Source: Antedon mediterranea (Eukaryota; Animalia; Echinodermata). Taken from it: a stretch of DNA of 64,000 bases. The translations under genes and the position numbers were made by a program. The DNA is taken from positions 8,657,888-8,721,887 of the forward strand of contig NC_092676.1 in NCBI RefSeq assembly GCF_964355755.1. The letters run 5' to 3'. Position 1 is the first letter of the stretch. Each line of letters begins with the position of its first letter. Below the pieces are notes generated by a model that saw nothing but the letters and a program-made list of their open reading frames with translations, searched no databases and was not told the DNA's origin. Below, piece after piece: positions 26,301 through 38,700 of the stretch.

Positions 26301-28143
26301 ATATTTGGGCACATCACATTTTTTTGTCAAATAAAGTTTGATAGTGACGTATAAGCTATGCTTCAGAGACTCCCCCTTTCCATTCTTTTGTTTTGTACTG
26401 TGATTAAGTATGTATGTTTATTTTTAAAATCTTAAAGTTTAAGTGGTTTCACTGTTGAGAGGGGCGCTCAAATTAAAGCTTGCTTGCTGTGGCGTCCCTT
26501 TTCCACTTACCAACTTCTTTTCTTGCATTGTATTATTTATGTTCATTATCAGTTGTATATTTACAGTATTATGCTACTCTGTATTTTGCTTTATTATTTG
26601 TGGAAATAATATTATTATTATTATTAATAGAAATGAAGAAAGAAAGATAGTGTAGACAGATTTACGTACTTGTGTTGCGTCCTAGTGGGAATCGTGCTTT
26701 TATAAATATAAAAGCGTTAAGATATCTGGTAAACAATTAGGCTGTTCATGATCCTATTTATTGTAAGGATATAATCTCCGTACTTCTTCACTACATAGAT
26801 TAGAATAATACTTATGTAAAATTGTTAACTTATTGTAATGGAAATGATTACCTGCTGATCCCGTAAAACCAGAGATGTATTGTCGTCTCTTGTCCCTATC
26901 TGCAATGTATTCACTCTTAAAAAATAAGTAATAAGTTTATAAAGTTGAATTTGCATAAAATTGAAAAAGATTGTGAAGAACATAGAATAATCAATGTGTA
27001 GTATAGGCTACATACTGCATTTCGAGTAGTCTTAGTTTTAGTAATACAGTATTTATTACCGCTATAACTACTGTATTACAAAAACTGTCACTCTTCATAA
27101 TATCGCCAATATTGTGCTGTACCTGATGAGCGTCTTCTGAAGGGATTATATACGCGTCGACGTTATTATCTGCCATTTGCTCTCTCAGTTTTCTAAGTCG
27201 CTCCGTTGAATCGAACGCAGTGTCCGGTACTTTCTATTGAGGTGATTAAAAAAAATATAAGATAGGCCCTAAGAGAATTTTAATTTGATCTCAACGTATA
27301 GGCATACTTTCTAGTCCTATTCCACCCTAATTGAGGGTGAAAATAATTGTTATCCAATTACATGTTACACCTGTTAGTGTGATATGGTATAGAATATGAT
27401 AGCACAGAAGAATACAATAATTATATACAAAGAATATAGTATAATATAACTTAAAAGTTATATTATAGTTGATTCTGATTTTAAGTTTATCATGTTTGTA
27501 TAATATCATGCCATACTTTGTTATCTCTAGATTGCTGAATATAATCTAATCACGAATGCATATTTACATAATAGGCCTAATTCATTATTATAATTATGCG
27601 CTGTAGACGAATCGTTTGGCAACACAAACGAAACAATACCAATGTTTCTTGTAATGCAATAATACAAATTATTCGTATAATTTAATACAGTAATTTATGA
27701 GTTATTCATAAATATATTTTATATAGGCCTATATACTATCTTATCTTTTCAACAACAAAATTTTAGGCCTAAATGTTTGCATTTTTGACCAATAAAGTTA
27801 GGCCTAATCTAGGCTATGCCTACGTATTATCAATTGTTATTGCATTATGCCTATTTGAAATATCATTTCAAAGTTAATTATATTATGGAATCGTTCTTTA
27901 CTTCCATATGTTATATTGTCATCGTGATCGATGACCAAAGCAAAACGAATTAAATAAATTAAAAATCCACGTCATATACTGATCTCTGAAATTAGAACTC
28001 TGAATTAAAGAGTCTTACAGTAGGAGATGCATCACAGTTTCTTTCATCATCGGCACGTTTCTGTCGAAGATCTCTTGGTGATCGGTTATTTAGGAAAAGA
28101 TCCCTATCATCCGAGATAGGATTAGCTCTCACCAAAATACAAG
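13675..28143 (-). CDS. Xaa-Pro aminopeptidase (aminopeptidase P, M24B), secreted/GPI-anchored XPNPEP2-like, paralog B; first (Met) exon lies above 28143 and was not located
   Basis: Minus-strand exons: 28143-28019, 27233-27123, 26915-26852, 26046-25942, 25576-25484, 25228-25076, 24327-24217, 23670-23586, 23116-23037, 22000-21873, 21285-21199, 20990-20925, 20118-20048, 19815-19738, 18805-18734, 18215-18155, 17869-17800, 17665-17561, [16970-16899 or 16632-16567], 15287-15205, 14454-14356, 13881-13675 (TAA). Motifs: [65 protein letters not shown]...GIRLE. C-terminal hydrophobic tail [14 protein letters not shown]. Confidence 0.93.
13906..14040. mobile_element. Short hAT-like MITE (cagtggcg TIR)
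   Basis: cagtggcgcaacg...cgttacgccactg, GC-rich interior. Related copy at ~25667-25805. Confidence 0.6.
16567..16632 (-). CDS. Aminopeptidase P paralog B, duplicated alternative exon b ([23 protein letters not shown])
   Basis: 66 nt, phase 1-1, acceptor ...tctctgtcttgtgaatttag, donor gtaatg, open frame. Clear homolog of exon a (GP..I, PIEHG.F.S[DN]E). Confidence 0.8.
16899..16970 (-). CDS. Aminopeptidase P paralog B, alternative exon a ([25 protein letters not shown])
   Basis: 72 nt, phase 1-1, cag acceptor and gtagg donor. Same length as, and homologous to, paralog A exon 10889-10960 ([24 protein letters not shown]). Confidence 0.9.
19241..19601 (+). mobile_element. tRNA-derived SINE, diverged copy of the same family
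   Basis: tggccaagcggttaagacag...ggttcgaggc...aaggactataaaccgtaggtccagtgtacaca...gagtagggggttaccccggtg; (taaaa)n tail. Confidence 0.75.
20270..20640 (+). mobile_element. 3' fragment of an L2/CR1-type LINE (RT C-terminus), decayed
   Basis: Translates with frameshifts to [20 protein letters not shown]...[30 protein letters not shown], the typical L2 ORF2 tail. Confidence 0.8.
22505..22698. repeat. 13-bp minisatellite (ccacYacggccaa), ~14 units, inside a decayed Tigger-like MITE
   Basis: Directly visible tandem array. Flanks (gaacctc...ggaca, gggtcccga...gaggttct) match the small MITE family also at ~1133-1279, 54062-54225 and 60020-60180. Confidence 0.9.
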
Positions 28144-28869
28144 CTGAAACATAAAACAAAAAAGAGGAAAGTCAAGTATAAGTATACATAGTTATGTTGT
28201 ATATTTGTGTTAAATCATTGAATTTTATAATTATTTTTCACACTTTTCATTTACTTCAATATTTCATGATAAATGTCTTAATAAAAATAGAAGACGGATA
28301 TTTTAAAATTTACTTCACAGCATCTCAGCTTGCATAATCTGCATTCATTGGGTTTAGTAATCTGTATTGCATGTTTGTATTATGTATTTATCACGAGCAA
28401 TTCGTGAAATAAAGTTTACATAAAGCAGGGCTTATTATTTTTTATCTGTTCTATATTATTATTATTTCTGACCTTATCTTATTCATACATTGTGGGTACT
28501 GTATTCAAACAAGAAATTGTGAGCCATTGTGATTGCCGACTACAGTAACGTCTAACAATGTCTCAAACTTTTGTTACTCATATCATAATTGTAAGTTCAG
28601 TGTTATCTAAAGTAGGCCTGCAACCACCCTTTTTGTTCATCGCAGTTTAGTTTGGTAAATTTTTACAATTACAACCATTTTTAACTATTAGAAAATACAA
28701 TACAATGAAACTCTGCTATTACAAAATGGCAGCAATCTTAACTGTAAAACGAACATCGCTAAACTGCAATATAACAAGTTCTCTCATTTTATTGCTCACA
28801 TTGCTCTTTTTTTAAGTACATAACGTAGTTTTATCTATTACTTATAAATATTTAAATAATGTATTGCCA

Positions 28870-29262
28870 ATCTCAAACATGTTTTGTAAACACAAGGTAT
28901 GTAACATTTATCATAGAAATACCAAAAGATCGGAAGTACCATTTAGGAGGCTTTGTTACAGTATGGTCCTAAGTTATGGAATGAACTGTCTATTTCCAAA
29001 TACAATCATAATGTACCGTAGTTAGATTTTTTATTTGTTAAATGAAATATCTAAAATATTTATAAATTTTTGTAGGATTATAATTTAATTAAAATAATTA
29101 AAAATAATAATTACTACTACAGTAGTAATGAATAAAATTTATTTGTTTAAATTTTAAATGTAAATATGTATAATTGTGTTTGTATGATGTAGTATGTTTA
29201 AGCGGATATTAGCCCTTGATGGCATTTGCAGCAATAAAGAAATTGAATTGAATTGAATTGAA
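28870..29262 (+). mobile_element. Degenerate CR1/L2-type LINE 3' end
   Basis: tatggtcctaagttatggaatgaactg (YGPKLWNEL), then an AT-rich UTR ending aataaa + (attga)n. Confidence 0.5.
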
Positions 29263-32200
29263 TAGATATAACATTAGCGAATGATTTATCATGCAGTTAC
29301 TTTTTTTGTTTTTGTTTGTTTGTTTAAAAAGTTCTTTTACTTCTATTTCATTGTTTACAGTTCTTATTTATTGTTACCACTTAAGTTATTGTAAATGTAT
29401 GTTTCTTTTATTTCTTGAACTGTTTCTAAATAAATGTTGAATTCTAATCCTAAATGAACTTTGTTAGCGTCAGTTGCTACAGTTCAACACATTAATGCCA
29501 TGGCATTGCTGCCCCAGGCATTACATGATACTTAAAAACAGATTCAGTATTACCATTGCTGTATTTTGATTTCCTAAATAGTTGAGTACGCGTTCATTAC
29601 ACCTCCATAAACTTTCATCTGAAAGCGAGTTGACCAATTACAATCGACAGTTAAAATAACCTATTGCACGTGATTGGTCAAATTATCGCTTACTTCTAAG
29701 TCTAGCTTTCTAAAAGTTTCATCGGCTAAAACATTCACACAAAAATCCTATTGTTCATTTTTAGTTTCACTTAATTAAAACCGTACAATCATGGAAACCA
29801 ATTTTAATTAGAACGGTAATTTGGGGTTTCTTTTATACAAACCTTCTGATTTTCTAAGACCCCATTTCATCATTTTGGTGTTTTAAACATTTTACTTATT
29901 ATTTGATGAATAAATATTTTTAAATTTATATGAAAATATAAAAATTATGACGATGTTCGTCAAAGCTGAGTATCTGATGTTAAATTAATATAGAATTAAT
30001 TATTGTTAAAACAATTTTAGAATTAATTTCTAAACTCTGGAATTCTCTACCCTTATCTCTTATGAAATCACATAACTGTCCTTAACGTCGATTAAAAATA
30101 TTATTGGTCTAAGGTTCTTTGTAATTTCTTTATTATTTACATATTTGGATATCATCTTAAATAATTTATATAGTCTATTTTATTAGAGAAAACCAGACCC
30201 TCTGTATTACCGCATAACATACGAACCTAAATCATATGTAAAATACATTACAGTCGGACCTAATTAATTTGTGAAATGAATTTAGTCAGTAACATATTAA
30301 CCATGAAGGTTAGGTAGTACAGCTGAAGTATAATTATTTTGTGAGATTCACTCACTTTTATTTTATTCTTTACATTTGTTACAATAATCTATATCAATTT
30401 TGTTTCATTAGAAAACTATCTCTGCAGTTTAAAGTTTTTTTTGTTTTTCTTATTTTTAGTATTTTACATATATAAAAAATAGACACAAGTTATATAAAAA
30501 TATACACCACATAATATAGGTTCACAATTGCCATTACAACATCACAAAATAAAATATACTGTAACTCATATGAATTTAGTCAGTAACATATTAACCATGA
30601 AGGTTAGGTAGTACAGCTGAAGTAAACATTGAATAACAGTTATAATTATGACTGAACATATGTTATTGTTATCAGGCAGAAGACATTGAAATGTACTTTC
30701 TATACAGGTTCCAAAAAGATAATTTTTGTTTATATACAATAATCACAGGCCTACATTTGAATAATGCAATGAACTTTAGAACTAACTGTACTACAGTAGA
30801 AGGAAAAGAAAGTAAATATAAATGAAATTAAACATTACGGTAATACACACAGGACTTTGAATGGAATAATAGACCTAAACATCATGTGAGATGCTTGCCC
30901 GACCTTATCGGTTAAATTCATTACGCATGGGGTGATTATTTTAAAGCTTGGAATTAGCTTTCTGTATGGTAAAAGTTTGCTATAACTTCTCATGATAATA
31001 AAGACATTGACGTAAACATTTGTTTTTTCCATTTTGACAGAGTTAGTATAGGGTAACAAGTATTTTATAATAAGCCTACTATTATTAATAGTGTTATTCT
31101 GAAATTTATACGTATGATGAGAGTCTTCATAATCGGCACTTTGCCAATATTGCTGCTTGATCACAAACAGTAAATGAAAGTTTGTTTAAATAAAGATTTG
31201 AAACTGAACTAGGATTATGTTAAAATTGAAAGTATGGTTGTTCCGCGATTCATCCACATTCATATAATAACACTTTGAATGAAATGTGCTCAAGATGTAT
31301 CTCGTCAAATGGCGCTCATTTGAAGAAAAACAATGTCCAGATTTTATATAGACTTTGAGAGATAATTACATTTAAGCGCGCGATATCTTCTAACACCAGT
31401 AGACCTTGAGCCTCGCCTAACTCCAGGCTAAACATCGTTAAAAGGCTAAATTAAAGAGGAAAGAAATAAATGGTTTATTTTTATCGAAAAGATAACTTAC
31501 CAGAAGCTATGAGTAAAATGCTCCGTAGAAACATTGTTGGAGTAGGTTCGGATTTAATAAACTCTCTTGACGCAGCTTTTACTCCTGTACTTACTGTCCC
31601 GGCTACTGTCTCTCAGCTTTATGGCACATATTATTCAGAAGAGGGCGGACACTTTCAACCTTTGGACCAACATTATATAGATACTATAGGACTAAGCAAA
31701 GTTCGCATGTAGACTTACTTCTAATTATATTTGAATATTGACTTATCCCGCATATGTGTGTGTGTATTTGCAAATAAAGTATTCACATGCCTCTGCTGAT
31801 TGTTTAAAGAGACTACAAAAAGAAATCAGATTAGGTAGCCGAGACAGACCACGGATTTTCTTCGCGAAGTTACAAAGTGAAAAAATAATAATATACATGC
31901 ACTGATGTATGTTATCCTCTTATTTTTTTATTTTATTTTTTTTGTATTTTGTAAATCCTGTATATGCATTTTAATCTGTACATATTTTACTGTACTGTGT
32001 ATTTTACTTTGTTTTTTAACATTTTACTGATTTTATTCTATTTTAAACAAGTTGCCATGAGTAAAACCAATTTCAAATCTTTCGTTGATGAACTATTTGA
32101 CAATAAAATTATCTTGTATTATTTTGTCCATAAGTCGGAAATTCTTTTTGCGTACACTATTAGGCCTACATTATTGCATGAATTTAGGCCTAAAGATGTG

Positions 32201-32766
32201 TGACGTGTATTGTTCGCCTGAAAAAAAGAATTATTTTTTTGTTGAATATGCAATTTTAATTTCACATAACAGTTATATCCACTCTTTTCGAATCTTTTTA
32301 GATCGAAAACAAATTATTTACCTAGAAAAAACTGTAATTTAAAACAAAAACTAGTCAAATTAGCTGCCAGCCAATGGAGTTTTGGTTGGTTTGGTTATGA
32401 TTTAATAAATATTTATTTTTCAAAGTGATTAACAATATGTGACATTAAAATGGCATTATTAAATATATTATATAAAAAAATGTTTTTTTTTTTCATGGGA
32501 AAAAGGCCTGTCATAACACAAAGTATGACAACGATGCTTCAGGGAGGTGACTAGATGCTTGGTGGCGTAGTAGTCAAAGAACATAATAGGTTCTTTTTGA
32601 CGTAGCTCATAAAAAAAATCGCAACCATTGGGGTCAGGGGTCAAGACACATGTGCGCGCCTCTCTTCAATTTCGATCGTAGAAAAGACGACGAAGTCTGA
32701 ATTATAAGAAGTGTGTTGAATTTTGGGGAGAGAGGTTTCACTCTCTAAAACACAAACTATATCAAA

Positions 32767-35700
32767 ATGCAGCGAAATCCATCATGCCCGCATTGTTCTA
32801 AAAACTACCGTGGCCAAGGTAAGTTGATTGCATTGAAAGAAGAATGTTGACATAAAAATAAGTGTTAGTTAGGCCCACCAGGCCAGAAGCCTGATGAGGA
32901 AGGCTACCTTCTCACATGGTGAGCGCCCTCTCCTGTACCTTCATCTTTGTGAGCTAGGCCTAGCTATGAATGTTGGAGGCTAGGCCTGTGCCTACTTTAT
33001 GTAAGCTTCCTTGCCTTTGTGTCCTACAACCTTGATGGTCCTTAACCAATGAGTAGGTCTGGGCCCAGGCACCATGATAAGAGGTCCATTAATTATTAAT
33101 AGTAATACGCCGTGGTTAGGATTCCGCCGAGTGAGTGATTGGCCGAGCGGTTAAGACAGTGGAACCGTAATCACGTAGCCATTACATCGGCAAGGGTTCA
33201 AGGCTCACTCACTCCATGGTTCTGGTGGTAGAACGAGTCTTCTCGGATAAGGACTATAAACCGTAGGTCCAGTGTACACAACTTGCTCGTGTGCACTTTA
33301 AAGAACCTAGTACATCTTTCGAGACGAGTAGGGGGTTACCCCGGTGTATTAGTACATCACAGCCACTGATCACCAACTGGGCCCTCTGGGAGATCAGTCT
33401 TTGACTGAAGAGGTCACCCAGTATAAAGATAAAACAAACAAAGACACCGGAACTCAACTGCCCAGGGAATCCAACACGCTATTGCGCATGCCCAGAGCAG
33501 AGCGAGGAAATCAGCGACTCTATTTTACTCTACAGCGATGGATCATTTTAATACTATAATAGCTGCGCCACGGCGAACTAGCCTAGCTAGATGCCTACTA
33601 ATATAATACTAGTTAGTTAGACCTACCAGCTAGATGTGACCAGTGGGCCTATTTATTTTGTAATTAAAAAAGTAGTTGCTTCATTCATATATAAACTTCA
33701 TATAATTATGAATTATAATTACATGACTAGTTTAAATTTTTATGATTTTTCAAGTACAAAATAAAAGATTTCATATAAAACGCATTATACTGTACATAAC
33801 ATGCAATCGTATACAAGTTGATTTGTTGACAGCAGCCGCTGCGCGGATGTGAAAAAAAAAACCAGAACTGTTGTAGGAGAAGTCGGGCTCGCAACGCTAC
33901 GCTATTCACTTTCGTACATTTCTTGAAATACACTTAAATCTTTATGACATTAGGGCAGGCCCGGTGTGTTTTTCTCTCGTTCCGAACTTCATACTTCCTC
34001 TGTCTAATAAAATTAAAGCATTACGATTCTTAGATAGATACTGATTCTTATCAATATCAAGATAATTATTTTAACGCGTGGCGTAGTCGTATTTTTAGTA
34101 TTAGTTCATGTATGGCCTAGGCCAAGTTTCATCCATCGTTCTCTTGCTCGCGCGACGACTAACTAGGCTACAGTACATCCCTAGTTAAAACTCCAACTCT
34201 CGGGTAATATGGTCCGCGGTCTGTGGCACTAGTGCAAGCTATAATTACTTTGCTCTGGGCATGCGCAATGTCGTGTGGGATTCCCTTATGGTGTGAAGTT
34301 GAGTTTTTGAAAAATCAATCACAGATGGTTTGCACATTTTCATAGTGAAAATAGTACGTCGGAGCACATCGTCAGCTTGATCGCATTCCAACAAGCAGGT
34401 ACGTTTCTCTTACCTGACTACATGAGTAAAAACCGCTCGGACTCATGCGAAGCCTATAACAGTCGCGATAAGTAACATAATGACCAGAATTGTATCCTAA
34501 TTTGTTTGTTTTAGATCCTGTTGGAAGCTTGTATCCATGTATGCTGGTGTGTAGTCACACTTTCTGTAGAAGCTGTCTGACAAAGTTGTTGAAAATGTCA
34601 CGAACCCACATTGTCTGTCCCATCTGTAAGGTATGTAAATTGCTGATTAATTTAAAAAAAAATGTTTTTATATTATCAATTTCTTATTAAATGTATAATT
34701 TTTATATTCTTTTGAAACTGTGTAATTAAAAAATATATTATATAATTTATATAGTATTATAATTAATATAATACATGAATAATAAAACCAGAAGAAAAGA
34801 CTGAATATAATTCTTTTCTTTACAGTATAAACCTAAATTTAGGGTAAATTTACGATAGTTTTGTCAATTTCATTGGTAATGCAATCGTATATAGTCCCTC
34901 AATTTATATAAGGTACTTGTAGTACAGTCAACTCTCCCAATACCGGACACCCTTGGGCGGGCATATATTTTCCGGTTTTTCGAAAGTCCGGTTTCCTGAA
35001 AACATATTTTTAAAGTCATCACGTTGTCACTGAAAATGCTTTTAATCACCGGTCCGAATGCTTCCCGGTACGGTCTAGCGTAGGGAAGGCCTAGGCTATG
35101 ATTGTGTCAAGCTAGTTTTAATTAAATAAATACTGATAATAATAATAATAATATTTATTCGGCAAAAGTTCATAAAGTACATTTTACAATTCATCTTGCC
35201 AGGAGCAAGTAATTAATAGGCATGAGCCCAAACAGAAAACTGCTCTTACTCCATCAGGCCTAGGCCTAGGCCTACTATATTAATATTAAAGCCCCATTCC
35301 CTACGTTTTTTAGATCTAATTTAAGATCACAAACTATATTTAATGTAAAAATAATACTATATGATCCTATTGCGATAACTTTTTTCGTCTTTAAACGGTT
35401 AAAAATGTGAAAAATAAGTCGATTCTAATAATTATAGCGGCCCGCTATAAATCCCAAAATGCATTGCGCGCGGATTTATATTTTTGTTTTTCACCTGTAA
35501 TTCGCCCACTTTTCGATCGATCGTGAGGCCAAAACAAATGGAAGACTCCTAACTTTTCAGCGAAAATACCGGGTTTTCCCCAATTTGTATCAACGGAGTC
35601 TGGCAAAAATAGAAAGACAATTAATGCAGCAACTATACAACGTCAGGCTAGGTATATAGGTAGCGTACGATGTTCGTACGTTACCGATGTTTACCAGCTA

Positions 35701-38700
35701 GGCCTACAAAACTAAGCCTAGCTAGGCTAGGCCTAAGACCGCCCACGAGAGGTCGATCGCCGCGAGCTACTTAGGTAGTGCATTGTTTCTCACTTTTTAT
35801 CATAATTTACCATAAAACGTACATTTAAGACAAGGAATGACATGGTTTAATGTTTTTAAAGTGATATGTTTATTGTTTATCGCGAGCTAGCAGCAGCATT
35901 GGTGATAAAAATAGCAGAGCGGGGCTTTGATTGATGCGCATGTGCAGAGGTGTCATAATCAAATAAAAACGCCCACACCTAGACCACATGTTTTTTAAGC
36001 TCCTTTATTTTGACGTAATTTGATAGCAATGATGAAAATTTATTAAGTAAACGAGCCAAGCAATAATGACACAATAATTAATTGGTAACATTTCAAAGTT
36101 TATTAACACTAGTTAAGTCAATTTCATTCCGTTTACGTTTTGCCATAATGATTTCCAAATTTATAATGATGCACATTTTTAGTGAAACATTCCTTTTTAA
36201 AGTCCTATTGCAATTGTGAATTTAACAATAATAATTTAAACAAAACAAAGACACAAAGTGGATGTAAATTGAACTTTATTAAAAAACAATTCATATGCTA
36301 AAAAACAGGGAGTTGTTAACAACTCCCTGCTAAAAACAATAGACATTAAGACATAGCGCTTTGATGTGAAAAAGCCCACCGCAGTTCGATACGCAACAAA
36401 GCAATTGCCGCCTCGTGGGTTAACAATGAACTGACCTGTCAATCACAGTGTAGCGCTCCATGGCAACATTATTTGATCGTACCGCGAAACGTTGCGCACT
36501 TCATGCATGGTCAGGGTATGGTTAAAAGCTTTCGTACATTGTGAATGTATTGAATCCGAGTCAGCGACGACGATGTTACGTTGTTTTCGTAAATATTTGG
36601 AGTTTTTTAACTGTCAGTTCGGTTTTCAGACGCTAATTGTCGTGTTTTGTACTTCATAATTTGTCCGGATTCCGGAATTGGGTATTCCGGTTTTCATAAT
36701 AAATTACAGTACATTTAGAATAGGGACAAATTGGGCCCTCCAAAAAAGTCCGGTTTTCCGTGAATTCCGGTTTTGGGAGAGTCCGGTATTGGGAGAGTTG
36801 ACTGTACTAACTACCACTATACAGGGAACATTGTCAACAGTGTAGCATAGCCAAATGCTACACTATACAGTACCACCATTGCTACTGTACACATAAAATG
36901 GTAGCCAAGGCATGTTTCCTTCTCAAAAGTTTAATGAAAATGCTGCCTGTTGTGTGGTAAATCTCTACTGTTTAATCTTGTCATAGCTATACTATCAATG
37001 TTTTAAATAATAGTACATTTATTATACATTTTCAGACTTCTACTCCAACACCACTGAAAGAGGCTAGTATTAGTCAACTTCAACCAGACTTCTATGTCCT
37101 CGGTGTTTTGTTAACGAACAGTAAAAAGCAAATGAACATAAACCAGTAAGTATAAAGAAATGCATCTTCTAAAGATGTTTAGATTTTCCTACGACAATGT
37201 ATGTATTTCATTATTACTTTGGCAAAATAGAATGTTGCTAAATATTGTACTTGCTTTACTTATTTGTTTAGCATTGTGGCGTCTACAATTTGTTATGTTT
37301 TGGTGTTTATAGGTATATACATGCCTATTTATTTTCTGGAAAATTGATATATTAGTGAAGTCACAAAAGCTTATTTATATTCAAATCACAACTTTTTTGT
37401 ATTTTTCATATGAGATATTAAGTAGTATGCCCTCTGTATTCTTTTAACATGAACTGAAATATCGATTAGTGAGCCCTCTTTATCAGAATATAGTTTTTCC
37501 CTGATATATTTTGCTCAGTTTCTGATTGCATAATTTATTTTTTTCAGTTCTAGAGAAGGAAAATGGAGGAAACATGAGGATTCCAGTGACGCAGTACACA
37601 ACATTCCAGAGGCTTACAAGAAATTTAAGGAAAAGGTCATGGGAGGTATAAAATATTTGTGACATTTTAGTATCGTTAGAAAGGACTTTATAACTGCGTT
37701 TTCTTACTATAATCAAGGCAATCTAACAACAGGACACTGTGCTCAATTTGCCAAGATAGGTCCTTTGGTCTTATGTCTGGCTGTGACAAATACCAACAGT
37801 ACTGTACTATGTACATATTCTCCACAGCGCAAGGTGTCTGTTAAAGGGCGTGGAACTGATCTGTCACAACCACAGATAAACACTTTGATCTCCGGGGCTC
37901 AGCTTTCTGTTGTTAAGATAACAATATCGCAGACTTTACACAGGTACACTACTCTTAAGGAGTACATACTGTGTTCTTAAAATGCACACAAGCCTAGATG
38001 TACTTGAATAAACTATGGTTGATGAGACCCTTGGGCCTGTACATTTTTTGATAACTATTGTTGGCAGCACCTAGCCTTAAATGCTTGACCACTCAACTAT
38101 TGTTGGCAGCACCTAGCCTTAAATGCTTGACCACTCAACTATTGTTCATGCATATTCATGTTTTTTATACATACAGTAAATCAATTTAATTTTTCAGAGG
38201 ATGATGAGATATGCCTTGAGTGTATAAAGAAGCCAGCTAGCTGTATGTGTGAAACTTGTAAGATTAGACTTTGCGGAGAATGCTTTCACAAAATCCATCG
38301 AAGTTCTCGAACCCTAATGACCCATCAAGCAATACAGCTACAACCCAAATTGTAAGTATCTTCTGCCTATGTCTTTTTCTTTACCCCCAAACCCCAGCAT
38401 CCCCTAACCTCACTTTGTGCTCTCTGTGTTAAAAAAAAAAGTCAATTTATATATATATATTTCTTTTTATCAAATCAATGGTTGGTACCAACCTATTATA
38501 GTCATTCACTTTGACCAAAAATTTATCACCAAAAAAATTGTTTACCTGAAAAAACTGTAATTTAAAGTTCGGCTTTTTATAAGAAATCATTTTTTTTGTT
38601 TTCATATGGGAAGTGAATAACATTGAAACTGCAAAATGCCTTATTTTATAAATCTTTCTGATTTTGGGGACAATACATTTTTAATGTATCTTTTTCCCCC

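Noticed and set aside
30835-30890. MMFRSIIPFKVLCVL as the signal-peptide exon of paralog B
   Set aside because: The available donor gives phase 2, but exon 28143 needs phase 1; not supportable without transcripts.
32885-32930. CTGATGA followed by a small hairpin as a hammerhead
   Set aside because: No GAAA after the hairpin and no stem I/III pairing.
38052-38143. Exact ~42-bp tandem duplication upstream of the B-box1 exon
   Set aside because: Ordinary local slippage duplication that does not alter splice sites.
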